IMG/VR virus record: IMGVR_UViG_3300028048_000052
Location: 96,001 to 160,000 of that record
Strand: one strand, 5' to 3'
Length of the DNA stretch: 64,000 nt
Source: a virus
Taxonomy: Duplodnaviria; Caudoviricetes
The notes under the pieces were generated by a model, which did no database searches, was not told the DNA's origin, and saw only the letters and a program-made list of their open reading frames with translations. Each line of letters opens with the position of its first letter. Positions within the stretch are counted from its first letter, which is position 1. The translations under genes were made by a program, and so were the position numbers. Positions 9,639-19,538 of the stretch are shown here, one piece after another.

Positions 9639-10148
9639 ATGAAAAAAACTATATATATTGCTTCTGGAGCACCGTGTTCTGGTAAAACTACTTTTATAGA
9701 CCAAAGAATTGACGCTTTAGGTGGAATTCGTATTTCAAGAGATGAAATTCGTTTTTCAATGCTTAAACCCGGTGACTATTATTTTAAAAATGAGGCAAAA
9801 GTTTTTAAAGAGTTTATAGATAAAATACAAAAAGCTATTAATAATCCAATAGGAAAAAAAGAAATTTATATTGACGCAACCCATTTAAATAAAAGGTCAA
9901 GACAAAAAGTACTTAATAGATTAAACTTAAAAAATGTTAAAGAAATTATTATTTTATGGTTTAATATCCCTCTTGAAGAATTATTAGCAAGAAATGAAAA
10001 AAGGTATGGTATTGAAAAAATACCAGTAGACGCAATAGAAAGAATGAAAAATTCTATGGATATCCCATCCAACGAAGAAAAAGACGCTCGTTTAAAATAT
10101 TATTGGGAAATTGATAGCGATGGATGGATAACAGAGCATACATTATAA
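9639..10148 (+). CDS. P-loop polynucleotide-kinase-like protein (AAA_33)
   Basis: GAPCSGKTT, ISRDEIR, DATHL, RNEKR. Confidence 0.8.
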   Translation: MKKTIYIASGAPCSGKTTFIDQRIDALGGIRISRDEIRFSMLKPGDYYFKNEAKVFKEFIDKIQKAINNPIGKKEIYIDATHLNKRSRQKVLNRLNLKNVKEIIILWFNIPLEELLARNEKRYGIEKIPVDAIERMKNSMDIPSNEEKDARLKYYWEIDSDGWITEHTL

Positions 10149-10160
10149 AAAGGAGATATA

Positions 10161-10613
10161 ATGAAACAAGAAATTTATAAAGATTTAGAATTTGATTTTG
10201 ATGAAGAGCTTGGTACAACAACATGTATAATGAAATATGACAATCATGTTTTTTATGGGCGCGCCTATTGCGCAAAAGAAGATATGGATTATCTCAGTAA
10301 AAAGACAGGACAAGAAATTGCGTTTAATAGAGCAACCGTAGAAGTTCTTCGATATGAAAAAAACCGTTTAACAAATGAATTAAATGGATTAAAATCGCTT
10401 TATTATTCAATTAAACATAGTAAAAGATATAACCCAAAATCTTATGAGGCAATTATGTTACGTCATCAAATGAATATGCGAGATAATGATATCACACAAT
10501 TAAAAATTGATATTAAAACAACTAAACAGTATCTTAAGAACTATATTGACCAAAAGGATAAAGCATATAAACTTTGGCGTAAGAACAAAAAAGAACAGGA
10601 CAATACAAATTAA
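10161..10613 (+). CDS. Hypothetical phage protein
   Basis: AGGAG RBS; G-x-A-x-C...D...G..IA..RA pattern plus coiled coil. Confidence 0.65.
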   Translation: MKQEIYKDLEFDFDEELGTTTCIMKYDNHVFYGRAYCAKEDMDYLSKKTGQEIAFNRATVEVLRYEKNRLTNELNGLKSLYYSIKHSKRYNPKSYEAIMLRHQMNMRDNDITQLKIDIKTTKQYLKNYIDQKDKAYKLWRKNKKEQDNTN

Positions 10614-10978
10614 TTGTCCTTTTTCAATGCTTATAGAAAGTAGAGAAAGCATAGCCTCGTATGGCAGATATAAAAAATAATAATTGGCTTCTCTCACTCC
10701 CGGGTAATGAGTATAAACTTACCCTTCTTTTTATGTCTATTTATTTGACTTTCATAAAAAAATTAAGTACTATTATAAAGGAAGAAATGGTTGAGGGCGT
10801 TTTCTTCCTTTATTTTTTTTATATATTAATAATATATTATTACTTATATATTATTTGAAAAAATTCTAGGCTTCGCCTAGAATTTTTTCTACAACTTTTG
10901 CTAACTATCTCATAACCTTGATTTTTTTGAAAAAAAGGTGTATAATAGTATTAGAAAAAGTTAAAAAGGGGTTTTTAT

Positions 10979-11506
10979 ATGGAATATTACATTTATACAG
11001 ATGGATCAGCTAAAAATAATGGCTCAGAATCTTCAATTGGTGGATACGGTTTTGTTGTTACTGATTCTTCTGGACGTTTAATTGATGCCTATGCAAAAAC
11101 AAATATAGAAAACACGACAAATAACAGAATGGAATTAACTGCTATTCTAGCCGCCCTTTTTATGTACGAAAAAAGAATGCGAATTAAAGACGAAAGAGCA
11201 TATATTTATTTATTTTCTGATTCAAATTATGCTTTAAACTCTTTATTTAAATGGTGTCCAGAATGGGAAAGAAATGAATGGAAAACTGCCTCTGGATCCG
11301 ATGTTAAAAATTTAGATTTAATTCAGAATTTTTATAACAAACAATGGAAGCCATATCTTGAAAACATGAGAGATGGAAAAAGAAATTCATGGTCAAGATT
11401 TAGCTATCAATATGTTCAAGGTCATGCAACATCAAAATGGAATAATATCGCAGATAAACTCGCTACTGGCCAAATAACGCCGGAGGATGTTTTAAAAAAT
11501 GAATAA
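10979..11506 (+). CDS. rnhA: Ribonuclease HI
   Basis: YTDGS, TTNNRMELTA, SDSNY, VKNLDL, GH...N..AD motifs. Confidence 0.93.
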   Translation: MEYYIYTDGSAKNNGSESSIGGYGFVVTDSSGRLIDAYAKTNIENTTNNRMELTAILAALFMYEKRMRIKDERAYIYLFSDSNYALNSLFKWCPEWERNEWKTASGSDVKNLDLIQNFYNKQWKPYLENMRDGKRNSWSRFSYQYVQGHATSKWNNIADKLATGQITPEDVLKNE

Positions 11507-11831
11507 AAAAATTATTGAAAAAATAGATAATTATGTCCAATGGGATTTTGGAATTACTCTTGATGAATTAAAAGAAGAAATAAAAAATAATGAAGCAATC
11601 CGAGTTGTTAATTATATATTAATTTCTATATCCATGATAATATTATTGGGTGTATTAACATTAGCTTTATTTCTACTGACTCTTGGGCATCCACTGCTTG
11701 TATTTATATTATTATATATTGATTTGCTTTTAGTTGTTTATGCTTATTATGTTTATAGTGATAAAATAAAAATGGGATATATTTTGAAAAATATAAAAAA
11801 ATATGTTAATATAAAATTCAGAAAAAGTTAA
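11499..11831 (+). CDS. Two-TM membrane protein
   Basis: Two hydrophobic stretches. Confidence 0.6.
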   Translation: MNKKIIEKIDNYVQWDFGITLDELKEEIKNNEAIRVVNYILISISMIILLGVLTLALFLLTLGHPLLVFILLYIDLLLVVYAYYVYSDKIKMGYILKNIKKYVNIKFRKS

Positions 11832-11847
11832 TAAGTAGGAGGTATTG

Positions 11848-13752
11848 ATGGCAAAGAAAAAAGGATTATATACAAAAGATAGCATTGAATCATTATCCCC
11901 ATTAGAGTTTACAAGATTAAGACCACAGGTTTATGCAGGAGACTGCACATACTCAACTCAGCTTTTGGTTGAAATACTTTCAAATTCTGTTGATGAATTT
12001 AGACTTGGCCATGGAAATCAAATTGATATTAGTATTAATAAAGATATAATTACGGTTTCAGACTATGGACAAGGTTTTATTCCGAATTCTTTTAGAGAAG
12101 ATGGTAAAACAATTCTTGAAGCAGCGTTCAGTGTTCTTAACACTTCTGGTAAATATAGAGAAGATGGCACATATGAAGGAACTTCTTTGGGTTCATTTGG
12201 TATAGGTAGTAAAATTACTACTTTTTTGTCTCATTGGCTTGAAGTTGAAACTGTTAGAGACAACGAAAGTGAGAGGATTGTATTTAAAGAAGGTGTATTT
12301 GAAGATAGAATTGCAGATGAAAATGTTAATTCTCATTCTGGCACAACTGTCTCTTGGCAACCATCAGAAGAATTCTTTACTCATACTGAAGTTGAAATAG
12401 GTAAAGTTAAAGATCTATTAAAAACAACCGCTGCATTATGTCAGGGTTTAACAATTAATTTAGTTTATAATGGCGAAAAAACAAGTTATTATTCAAACAA
12501 TGGTATTGATGATTTGGTCGATGAGGCCGTTAAAGATAAAGAATTAATTGATAACAGGTGTAAATTTAATTTTCAACAGGGTAAAGAAAAGATGGATTTT
12601 GTATTAACTTATACAATTAATTATTCATCAACGATTGTCCCTTATGTTAATACCGGTCTTACAGAAAAAGGCCCGCATATTATAACAATAAAAACAATTT
12701 TAACAAGAGAATTTAATAAGTTCTTTAGAGAAAAAGGTTGGATTAAAGATAAAGAAGATAACCTTTCTGGCGACGACGTCCAAGAGGGCATGTATATTGT
12801 GTTTAATATAACTGCTCCAAATGTTGGATATGACGCTCAGGTTAAATCTACAATTACTCAAATTGATATGACTAATTTTTCAACTGCTCTTGTTGAAAAT
12901 TTAAATATTTGGTTTCAAAGAAATGAAAAAGAAGTTAAATTAATTGCCGATAAAGCTTTAGCGGCGAGAAGAGCAAGAGAAGCGGCGAAAAAAGCCAGAG
13001 ATAATGCAAGAGCATTAGAAACGAAAGCAAAAACCAAATTTATTAATTTACCAACCAAACTGGTTGATGCTTGGAGTAAGAATAGAAGTGAATGTGAATT
13101 ATTCATTTCAGAGGGCGATAGCGCAGCGAATGGTTTAATTTCTGCAAGAGATGGTAAAACCCAAGCGATTTTCCCGATTCGTGGTAAAATATTATCAGTT
13201 CGTAAAGCCTCGGTGGATAAAATTTATGCAAACCAAGAGATAGCAAATATTGTTCAGGCTCTTGGACTTGAAATTGATAAAAAAACACAAAGGCTGATTT
13301 ATGATGAAAATCGTTTAAGATATGGTAAAATCATATTTGCCTGTGATGCTGATCCAGACGGTCAAGCAATTAAAAATTTATTAATTAACTGTTTCTATTG
13401 GTTATGTCCAGAACTTTTAACAAAAGGTCATATTTATGTAGCTGTACCTCCTTTGTTTAGAATTACAACAAAGAAAAATGAATATATTTATTTAAAAGAT
13501 ATGGATGCTTTAACTGAATATAGAAAGAAGCATAAGAATGATAAGTATTTAATCAATAGAATGAAAGGTCTTGGTGAACAAGACCCAGAAGAATTGGCTG
13601 AATGCCTTTTGGAACATGCGACCCGTAATGTTCAACAGTTAGTTGTTGAAGATGAAAAGAAAGTAGATGATTTACTTGAAATCGTTGAAGGACCTGCGGT
13701 TCCGCCAAGAAGAGAATATTTATTACAGCACGGAGAGGAGGTAACTGAATAA
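11848..13752 (+). CDS. Type IIA topoisomerase subunit B (GyrB/ParE-like)
   Basis: EILSNSVDE, EGDSA, PIRGKI, DADPDG, KGLGE. Confidence 0.95.
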   Translation: MAKKKGLYTKDSIESLSPLEFTRLRPQVYAGDCTYSTQLLVEILSNSVDEFRLGHGNQIDISINKDIITVSDYGQGFIPNSFREDGKTILEAAFSVLNTSGKYREDGTYEGTSLGSFGIGSKITTFLSHWLEVETVRDNESERIVFKEGVFEDRIADENVNSHSGTTVSWQPSEEFFTHTEVEIGKVKDLLKTTAALCQGLTINLVYNGEKTSYYSNNGIDDLVDEAVKDKELIDNRCKFNFQQGKEKMDFVLTYTINYSSTIVPYVNTGLTEKGPHIITIKTILTREFNKFFREKGWIKDKEDNLSGDDVQEGMYIVFNITAPNVGYDAQVKSTITQIDMTNFSTALVENLNIWFQRNEKEVKLIADKALAARRAREAAKKARDNARALETKAKTKFINLPTKLVDAWSKNRSECELFISEGDSAANGLISARDGKTQAIFPIRGKILSVRKASVDKIYANQEIANIVQALGLEIDKKTQRLIYDENRLRYGKIIFACDADPDGQAIKNLLINCFYWLCPELLTKGHIYVAVPPLFRITTKKNEYIYLKDMDALTEYRKKHKNDKYLINRMKGLGEQDPEELAECLLEHATRNVQQLVVEDEKKVDDLLEIVEGPAVPPRREYLLQHGEEVTE

Positions 13753-16100
13753 TGGGTGTAAATGTATTAGATGAATTACATGATAACTTTGTAGATTATG
13801 CGTATGAGGTTAATAGTCAGCGTGCCTTCCCTTCTGTTGTTGATGGGTTAAAACCCGGACAGAGAGCTTGTTTATGGGAGTTCTTTGTAAAAGGTTATAG
13901 TTCAAATAAACCCCATGTAAAATCGGCAAAAGCTAGTGGAGGTGTTATTGGCTCTTGGTGGCCACATGGTGATACCGCAATTTATGAAACATTTGCTCGT
14001 ATGAGCCAGCCTTGGATTAACAATATTCCAGAGATTGATTGGCACGGCGCGAATGGATCAATCAAAGGAGGGCCAGAACCAGCAAGTGCTCGTTATACAG
14101 AAGCGAGATTATCGAAGGCGAGTGAAGATGGTTTCTTTACAAATATCAAAAAAGATACAGTAAAGATGATACCAAACTTCAGTGAAGATGATGAATGGCC
14201 AGAGGTATTCCCAGCAATATTCCCAAGATTATTTGTAAATGGTAGCCAAGGTATCGGATACACTATTGCTAACTCTTGGTTGCCCGGTAATCTTAATGAG
14301 TTCTTTGAAAAAGTAAAACAGTATCTCAAAACAGGTGATATTGATTTTGAAAATATTTATCCAGATTTCCCAACAGGCGGTATAATTATCAATAAAGATG
14401 AACTCCAAGATATTTATGCTACTGGTAAGGGTAGAGTTGTTCTTCGTGCAAAAACAGACATTAAAGATAATAGTATTCTTATTACAGAATTACCTTATCA
14501 GGTTTATGTTGAGCCATTAATTAATTCTATTAAAGATCTGGTAAACAAAGAAGAAATCACTGGTATTAAAGATATTTATAATAAATGTGATAAAAATAAT
14601 TTATTAATTGAAATTGAATGCGATGGTTCTCCAAAAGTAGTGCTTAATAAATTATTTTCAATGACCGAATTACAGAAAACTTATAGCGCAAATCAATATG
14701 CGATGATTACAAAAGTTCCCGAATTATTGAATTTAAAACAATATATTGAGGCTTATATTAATCACAATATTACTTGTTTAACAAAGGCGCATGAATTTGA
14801 TCTGAAGAAAATTGAAGAACGCCTTGAAATTGTTAATGGATTATTAAAAGCATTAGAAGATATTGATAATATTATTAAACTTATTAAAGAAAGTGAAAGC
14901 GCAAGTACTGCAAAGAAAAATCTTATTAAAGTTTATGATTTTACCGAAAATCAGGCTCAAGCAATTCTTGATATGAAATTAGCAAAATTAGCTCATTTGG
15001 AAGCGGTTGAGTTAAATAAAGAAAAAGAAGATCTTGATAAAGAAGCAGAAGAACATCGTACTGCTTTAAGTAACAGTTCAATTATAAAAGAAGAATTTAA
15101 AAAGACCTTGGGAAATTTTGTAACTAAATATGGTTATTCAAGAAAAACTTTGGTAACACAAATAGACGAGCCAAAAGACGAAGAAAAAGAAATTGCCGAG
15201 GTTGAGCCAGAACAGTGTATGGTTGTAATGTCTGAAAGCGGGTATATTAAGCGTATTCCTATTACTTCATTCCATGCTCAAAAAAGAAATGGTTATGGAG
15301 TTAAAACACAAGACGATATTACAATGGCAACCATTAGGACTAATACAATTGATAATTTATTAGTATTCACAGACAAAGGACAGTTATATAAATTATTAGT
15401 AAATGATATCCCTATTGGCACTAATTCAGCAAAAGGCACTTCAATTAAAGCACTGGTTGAAATGGATGCCAACGAAAAAGTAGAAACTATTTATTCAATT
15501 TATCGTGGGACAGAAGCTCAATTTGTATTCTTTGTAACTCAAAATGGAATGATTAAAAAGACCCCATTAGATGAATATACAAATATTAGAAAGAAAAAGG
15601 GGCTCGCGGCGTTAAAGTTAAAAGATGGAGATAGCCTTGTAAATGTCCTTATTCTTAAAGACGAGGATGTGATTGTTTCTACGTATGGTGGAAAAATTAT
15701 TAGAATTAAATCAACTGACGTAGGAATTTCAAGTAGAGTATCGCAAGGATTAGTTGGTATTAAATTAGAAGAAGGAGATTATGTAACAAGTCTCGCTGCG
15801 ATTAGAGATGCAAATGATGACGTGGCTGTATTTACGTCAAAAGGATATGGTAAAAGAGTTCCACAAAAAGACATTTCATCACAAAAACGCGGGGGTAAAG
15901 GTTTAGTGATGTATAAACCAGATGAAACAAGAGGCGGTATTATTGCCCTTGCTCTTGTAAATGATAGCGACTCTTTGCTATTGGTTGGTGAAAATAATTC
16001 AATTTGTATTGACGCTTCACAAATTCCAGTAACTTCTCGTGTTGCGAAGGGTAATATACTTATAAAAGGCAATAGCATTGTAAGCGTATCAAAAGTATAA
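13752..16100 (+). CDS. Type IIA topoisomerase subunit A (GyrA/ParC-like)
   Basis: DGLKPGQR, PHGD, ARYTEARL, PDFPTGG; beta-pinwheel C-terminal repeats (QKRNGYGV, QKRGGKG). Confidence 0.95.
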   Translation: MGVNVLDELHDNFVDYAYEVNSQRAFPSVVDGLKPGQRACLWEFFVKGYSSNKPHVKSAKASGGVIGSWWPHGDTAIYETFARMSQPWINNIPEIDWHGANGSIKGGPEPASARYTEARLSKASEDGFFTNIKKDTVKMIPNFSEDDEWPEVFPAIFPRLFVNGSQGIGYTIANSWLPGNLNEFFEKVKQYLKTGDIDFENIYPDFPTGGIIINKDELQDIYATGKGRVVLRAKTDIKDNSILITELPYQVYVEPLINSIKDLVNKEEITGIKDIYNKCDKNNLLIEIECDGSPKVVLNKLFSMTELQKTYSANQYAMITKVPELLNLKQYIEAYINHNITCLTKAHEFDLKKIEERLEIVNGLLKALEDIDNIIKLIKESESASTAKKNLIKVYDFTENQAQAILDMKLAKLAHLEAVELNKEKEDLDKEAEEHRTALSNSSIIKEEFKKTLGNFVTKYGYSRKTLVTQIDEPKDEEKEIAEVEPEQCMVVMSESGYIKRIPITSFHAQKRNGYGVKTQDDITMATIRTNTIDNLLVFTDKGQLYKLLVNDIPIGTNSAKGTSIKALVEMDANEKVETIYSIYRGTEAQFVFFVTQNGMIKKTPLDEYTNIRKKKGLAALKLKDGDSLVNVLILKDEDVIVSTYGGKIIRIKSTDVGISSRVSQGLVGIKLEEGDYVTSLAAIRDANDDVAVFTSKGYGKRVPQKDISSQKRGGKGLVMYKPDETRGGIIALALVNDSDSLLLVGENNSICIDASQIPVTSRVAKGNILIKGNSIVSVSKV

Positions 16101-16168
16101 AGTAAAGGAGAAATCCTTTACTTTTTTTATTTTTTATGATATAATATAAGTATAAGGAGAAAAACGTA

Positions 16169-17299
16169 ATGTATAACCGTGAAGAAGCATTAAAAAGAAT
16201 AGAATATCTTATAGAACAATTAAATTATCATACGAAGTTATACGACGAAGGTAAGCCCATAATCTCTGACACAGAATGGGACTCTATGTATTTTGAATTA
16301 CAAGAATTAGAAATGTTATTCAATATACACTTGCCAAATTCACCAACAAGTAAGGTTATTTTTGAAGTAAAGAATGAATTAAAGAAAGTTCATCACAATC
16401 ATGATATGTTATCTCTTGGTAAAACAAAAGATATGAAAGAAGTCCATGATTTTCTTGGTTCAAAAGATTTTATAACAATGTTAAAAATGGACGGTCTAAC
16501 TTGCTCTCTTTATTATAAAGATGGCGTTTTAGTTTCCGCAGAAACTCGTGGTGATGGCTATATTGGTGAAGATGTTTTACATAATGTTTTAACCATTGAT
16601 AATGTGCCAAAGAGAATTAGTTATAAAGATGAATTAATTATTGATGGTGAGATTATTTGCACTTATCAAGATTTTGAAGAGTTTAAAGATGAATATCAAA
16701 ACCCGAGAAACTTCGCCGCCGGATCGATTAGATTACTTGATAGTAAAGAGTGCGCCAAAAGAAAATTGACATTTGTTGCTTGGGACGTTATTAAGGGTTT
16801 TGATAATCTTAAATATCTAAATCAAAAGTTTCAAGAAATTGGTAAACTTAATTTTACAGTTGTACCTTGGTTAATGGGCGATGACTGGGATGCAAAAGAA
16901 TTTTTAGTTAATCAAGCAAAAAAATTAGGCTATCCAATAGATGGTTTAGTTTTTAAATTTGATGATATTGAATATGGTAACTCACTGGGGCAAACTGATC
17001 ATCATAAAAGAAATGCCATTGCTTTTAAATTTGAAGATGAGGTTTATGAAACAAAATTAAAAACAATTGAATGGACTATTGGGCGTACTGGTGTCTTAAC
17101 CCCGGTTGCTGTTTTTGATCCAGTAGAAATAGACTTTACAAGAGTTGAAAAGGCAAGTTTACATAATGTAAGTGTTTTGCGAGATATTCTTGGAGAACAT
17201 CCATGGGTTGGACAAAAAATAAAAATTAGTAAACGTAATATGATTATTCCACAAATAGAATGGGCTGAAAAAGAAAATAATGGGGACAATTTGATATAA
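16169..17299 (+). CDS. ligA: NAD-dependent DNA ligase, N-terminal half (adenylation and OB domains)
   Basis: KMDG, TRGDGYIGEDV, NPRNFAAGS, GRTGVLTPVA, ends after IIPQI. Confidence 0.9.
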   Translation: MYNREEALKRIEYLIEQLNYHTKLYDEGKPIISDTEWDSMYFELQELEMLFNIHLPNSPTSKVIFEVKNELKKVHHNHDMLSLGKTKDMKEVHDFLGSKDFITMLKMDGLTCSLYYKDGVLVSAETRGDGYIGEDVLHNVLTIDNVPKRISYKDELIIDGEIICTYQDFEEFKDEYQNPRNFAAGSIRLLDSKECAKRKLTFVAWDVIKGFDNLKYLNQKFQEIGKLNFTVVPWLMGDDWDAKEFLVNQAKKLGYPIDGLVFKFDDIEYGNSLGQTDHHKRNAIAFKFEDEVYETKLKTIEWTIGRTGVLTPVAVFDPVEIDFTRVEKASLHNVSVLRDILGEHPWVGQKIKISKRNMIIPQIEWAEKENNGDNLI

Positions 17300-17341
17300 T
17301 CAAATTATTCCGTTTTTCTTTATAAATAGGAGGAATAAAAA

Positions 17342-17944
17342 ATGTTTACAATTTATTTACATAAAAATAAAATTAATAATAAAGTTTATATTGGACAAAC
17401 ATCGCAACCACCAATAGATAGATGAAAAAATGGTAAAGGTTATACGCAATGCTATCATTTTAATAATGCAATACAAAAATATGGGTGAGATAATTTTGAG
17501 CATATTATTTTAGAGCAAGGAGATTGAACGCAAGAAGAGGCGAATTATAAAGAACAATATTATATTAATTTATATGATAGTACAAATATAAATAAAGGTT
17601 ATAATATTACTAATGGTGGAAGTAATAATATTTCACCAAATGCTTTGCCAAATGCAATAAATTGAATGCGAGCACATCCTGATTTTGGATTAGCGAGGGC
17701 CAATGATATGTTAAAATGACAAAAAGAACATCCAGATGACGTTAAAAAGCAAAGAGAAAGAGCACAAAAAAAAATGGCAGAAGCAAGAAAAAGAAAAGTA
17801 TTATGTGTAGAAACTGGTGTTATTTATGAAAGTGCGTCAGAAGCAGCAAGACAAAACAAAGGAACAACACAAAGTAAAATTTGTATGGTGTGCAGAGGAC
17901 AAAGAAAAACGGCGGGAAGATTACATTGGAAATATGCTGAATAA
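17342..17944 (+). mobile_element. Free-standing GIY-YIG homing endonuclease (5 TGA=Trp)
   Basis: TIY..NKINNKVYIGQT, AIQKYG*DNFEH, GYN; NUMOD1-like C-terminus; AGGAGG RBS. Confidence 0.85.
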
Positions 17945-18224
17945 TATAAAACAAAAAATTTTAAAATATAAATATAAAAAAGCAAAAAATATTTATATTA
18001 TAGGTTGTTGGGCTCATTGGGGGATACTAACCGCTAAATATAGCGGTCAAATGGATAAAGATGGTAATCCATTAACAATTCATTTTACAGACCATAATGG
18101 GTTAAAAGAAGAATATTATATTGCTCCGTGGTATACAGAAACGACTGGGATTGTTATAGGATATTCTTTTAATGAAAAACAAGCAAAGAGTATTGTAGAA
18201 AGGATAATAAATAATAAATGGTAG
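17934..18224 (+). CDS. Hypothetical protein between the ligase halves
   Basis: ATG overlaps the HEG stop; the upstream part of track ORF 17817 is a shadow of the HEG. Confidence 0.55.
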   Translation: MLNNIKQKILKYKYKKAKNIYIIGCWAHWGILTAKYSGQMDKDGNPLTIHFTDHNGLKEEYYIAPWYTETTGIVIGYSFNEKQAKSIVERIINNKW

Positions 18225-19066
18225 AAAAAAAATATATAGAGCTTCCAGAGTTTTGTCCTTATTGCGGTCATGAAATAGATTATATAACTTCACCTGATGG
18301 AGTAATAATAGCAAAATGTTCTAATGATAATTGTATTGGTAAAAAAGTTTATAAAATTGATCATTTTTGTAGTAAAAAAGGCTTAGATATTAAACACATT
18401 TCTGAAAATATAATTGAAGATTTTATTGATGAAGGGTACCTTAATACTTTTAGTGATATTTTTACACTAAAAGAGCATAGAAAACAATTAATTAATATTG
18501 AGGGGTATGGCGCCAGAAGTATAGATAGAATATTGTCTATGATTGAAGAAGCTAAAAATACAACTCTTGACAAGTTTATATCTGCGCTTGGCATTGATTT
18601 AATTGGGTCTAGTGTTTCAAAAGATTTGTGTAAAATATTTAAAACATATGATGATTTTAAATCTGCGTGCGTTAATGGATATAAGTTTGAAGAGTTAGAA
18701 AATTTTGGCGAAGCTAAGGCAAATAGTTTAAGAAGTTATAATTTTGATGAGGCTGATAAGGTTTATATGTATCTCAATGTTTCTAATCCGTTGTTTGAAA
18801 CCAATGAGGAAAAACCGTTAAATGGTATTACCGTTGTTATAACAGGCTCACTTGGCATTTTTAAAAACAGAGACGCAATGAAAGAAATGATTGAAAAATA
18901 TGGCGGAAAAGTAGCCGGTTCGGTTAGTAAGAATACCACCGTGCTTGTTAATAATGATATTAATTCCACTACTGGTAAGAATAAACGGGCAAAAGAATTG
19001 AATATCCCAGTTATGAGTGAACCAGACTTTATAGCGAAATATCTTGACCCTTATTTAGAAAAATAG
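18218..19066 (+). CDS. ligA: NAD-dependent DNA ligase, C-terminal half (Zn finger, HhH, BRCT)
   Basis: CPYCG...CSNDNC, ALGIDLIG, VVITGSL..R, GSVSKNT. Confidence 0.9.
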   Translation: MVEKKYIELPEFCPYCGHEIDYITSPDGVIIAKCSNDNCIGKKVYKIDHFCSKKGLDIKHISENIIEDFIDEGYLNTFSDIFTLKEHRKQLINIEGYGARSIDRILSMIEEAKNTTLDKFISALGIDLIGSSVSKDLCKIFKTYDDFKSACVNGYKFEELENFGEAKANSLRSYNFDEADKVYMYLNVSNPLFETNEEKPLNGITVVITGSLGIFKNRDAMKEMIEKYGGKVAGSVSKNTTVLVNNDINSTTGKNKRAKELNIPVMSEPDFIAKYLDPYLEK

Positions 19067-19078
19067 TATAATAATAAT

Positions 19079-19282
19079 ATGAATAAAGAAAGAAAAAAAC
19101 AAATAATCAACTTTTGCATTCAAATGGCAAGAGACGAACTTGATGAAAAATTATCCGATACTGAAAAAATGGATAAAATGAATTCGACATTAAATGCTTT
19201 GCGTCCAAATCCGGTTGAATTTGCAATGATGACAGACCTCGTTGATGAGTTTGTAGATAAAATAAAAAAAGGAGAGATTTAA
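19079..19282 (+). CDS. Hypothetical protein
   Basis: ATG lies just after TTGACC-N17-TATAAT; possibly near-leaderless. Confidence 0.55.
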   Translation: MNKERKKQIINFCIQMARDELDEKLSDTEKMDKMNSTLNALRPNPVEFAMMTDLVDEFVDKIKKGEI

Positions 19283-19537
19283 ATGAAAGATAATACAAAG
19301 AAAGTTTTAATGTATTTAAAAAAAGCAAATGGTAAAAATTTAACATCCGCAGACGTTGCAAAGGCCATTGGTTTAACAAAGAAACAGGTAGATGGTATCT
19401 TTACAATGGCAATCCAAAAGAAAGATTTAGGAGTAAGAACCCCGGCGCAAGTTCAGGATAAAGATGGTAAATATGTAAATGTAAATTACTTATCATTAAC
19501 TGATGCTGGAATGGCTCTTAATTTAGACGCTGAATAA
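19283..19537 (+). CDS. Winged-HTH DNA-binding protein
   Basis: LTSADVAKAIGLTKKQVDG...LTDAG. Confidence 0.7.
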   Translation: MKDNTKKVLMYLKKANGKNLTSADVAKAIGLTKKQVDGIFTMAIQKKDLGVRTPAQVQDKDGKYVNVNYLSLTDAGMALNLDAE

Positions 19538-19538
19538 T

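Noticed and set aside
10717-10724. ACTTACC complementary to the dnaE insert as a possible guide RNA
   Set aside because: Only 7 nt, buried in a terminator stem, and expected by chance.
10661-10858. Track ORF of 65 aa
   Set aside because: No RBS, low complexity, and it runs across a terminator and promoter.
17300-18217. Intron or intein joining the ligase halves
   Set aside because: No P7 core motifs (GACTA/TAGTC) or intein termini seen; the gap is filled by two ORFs.
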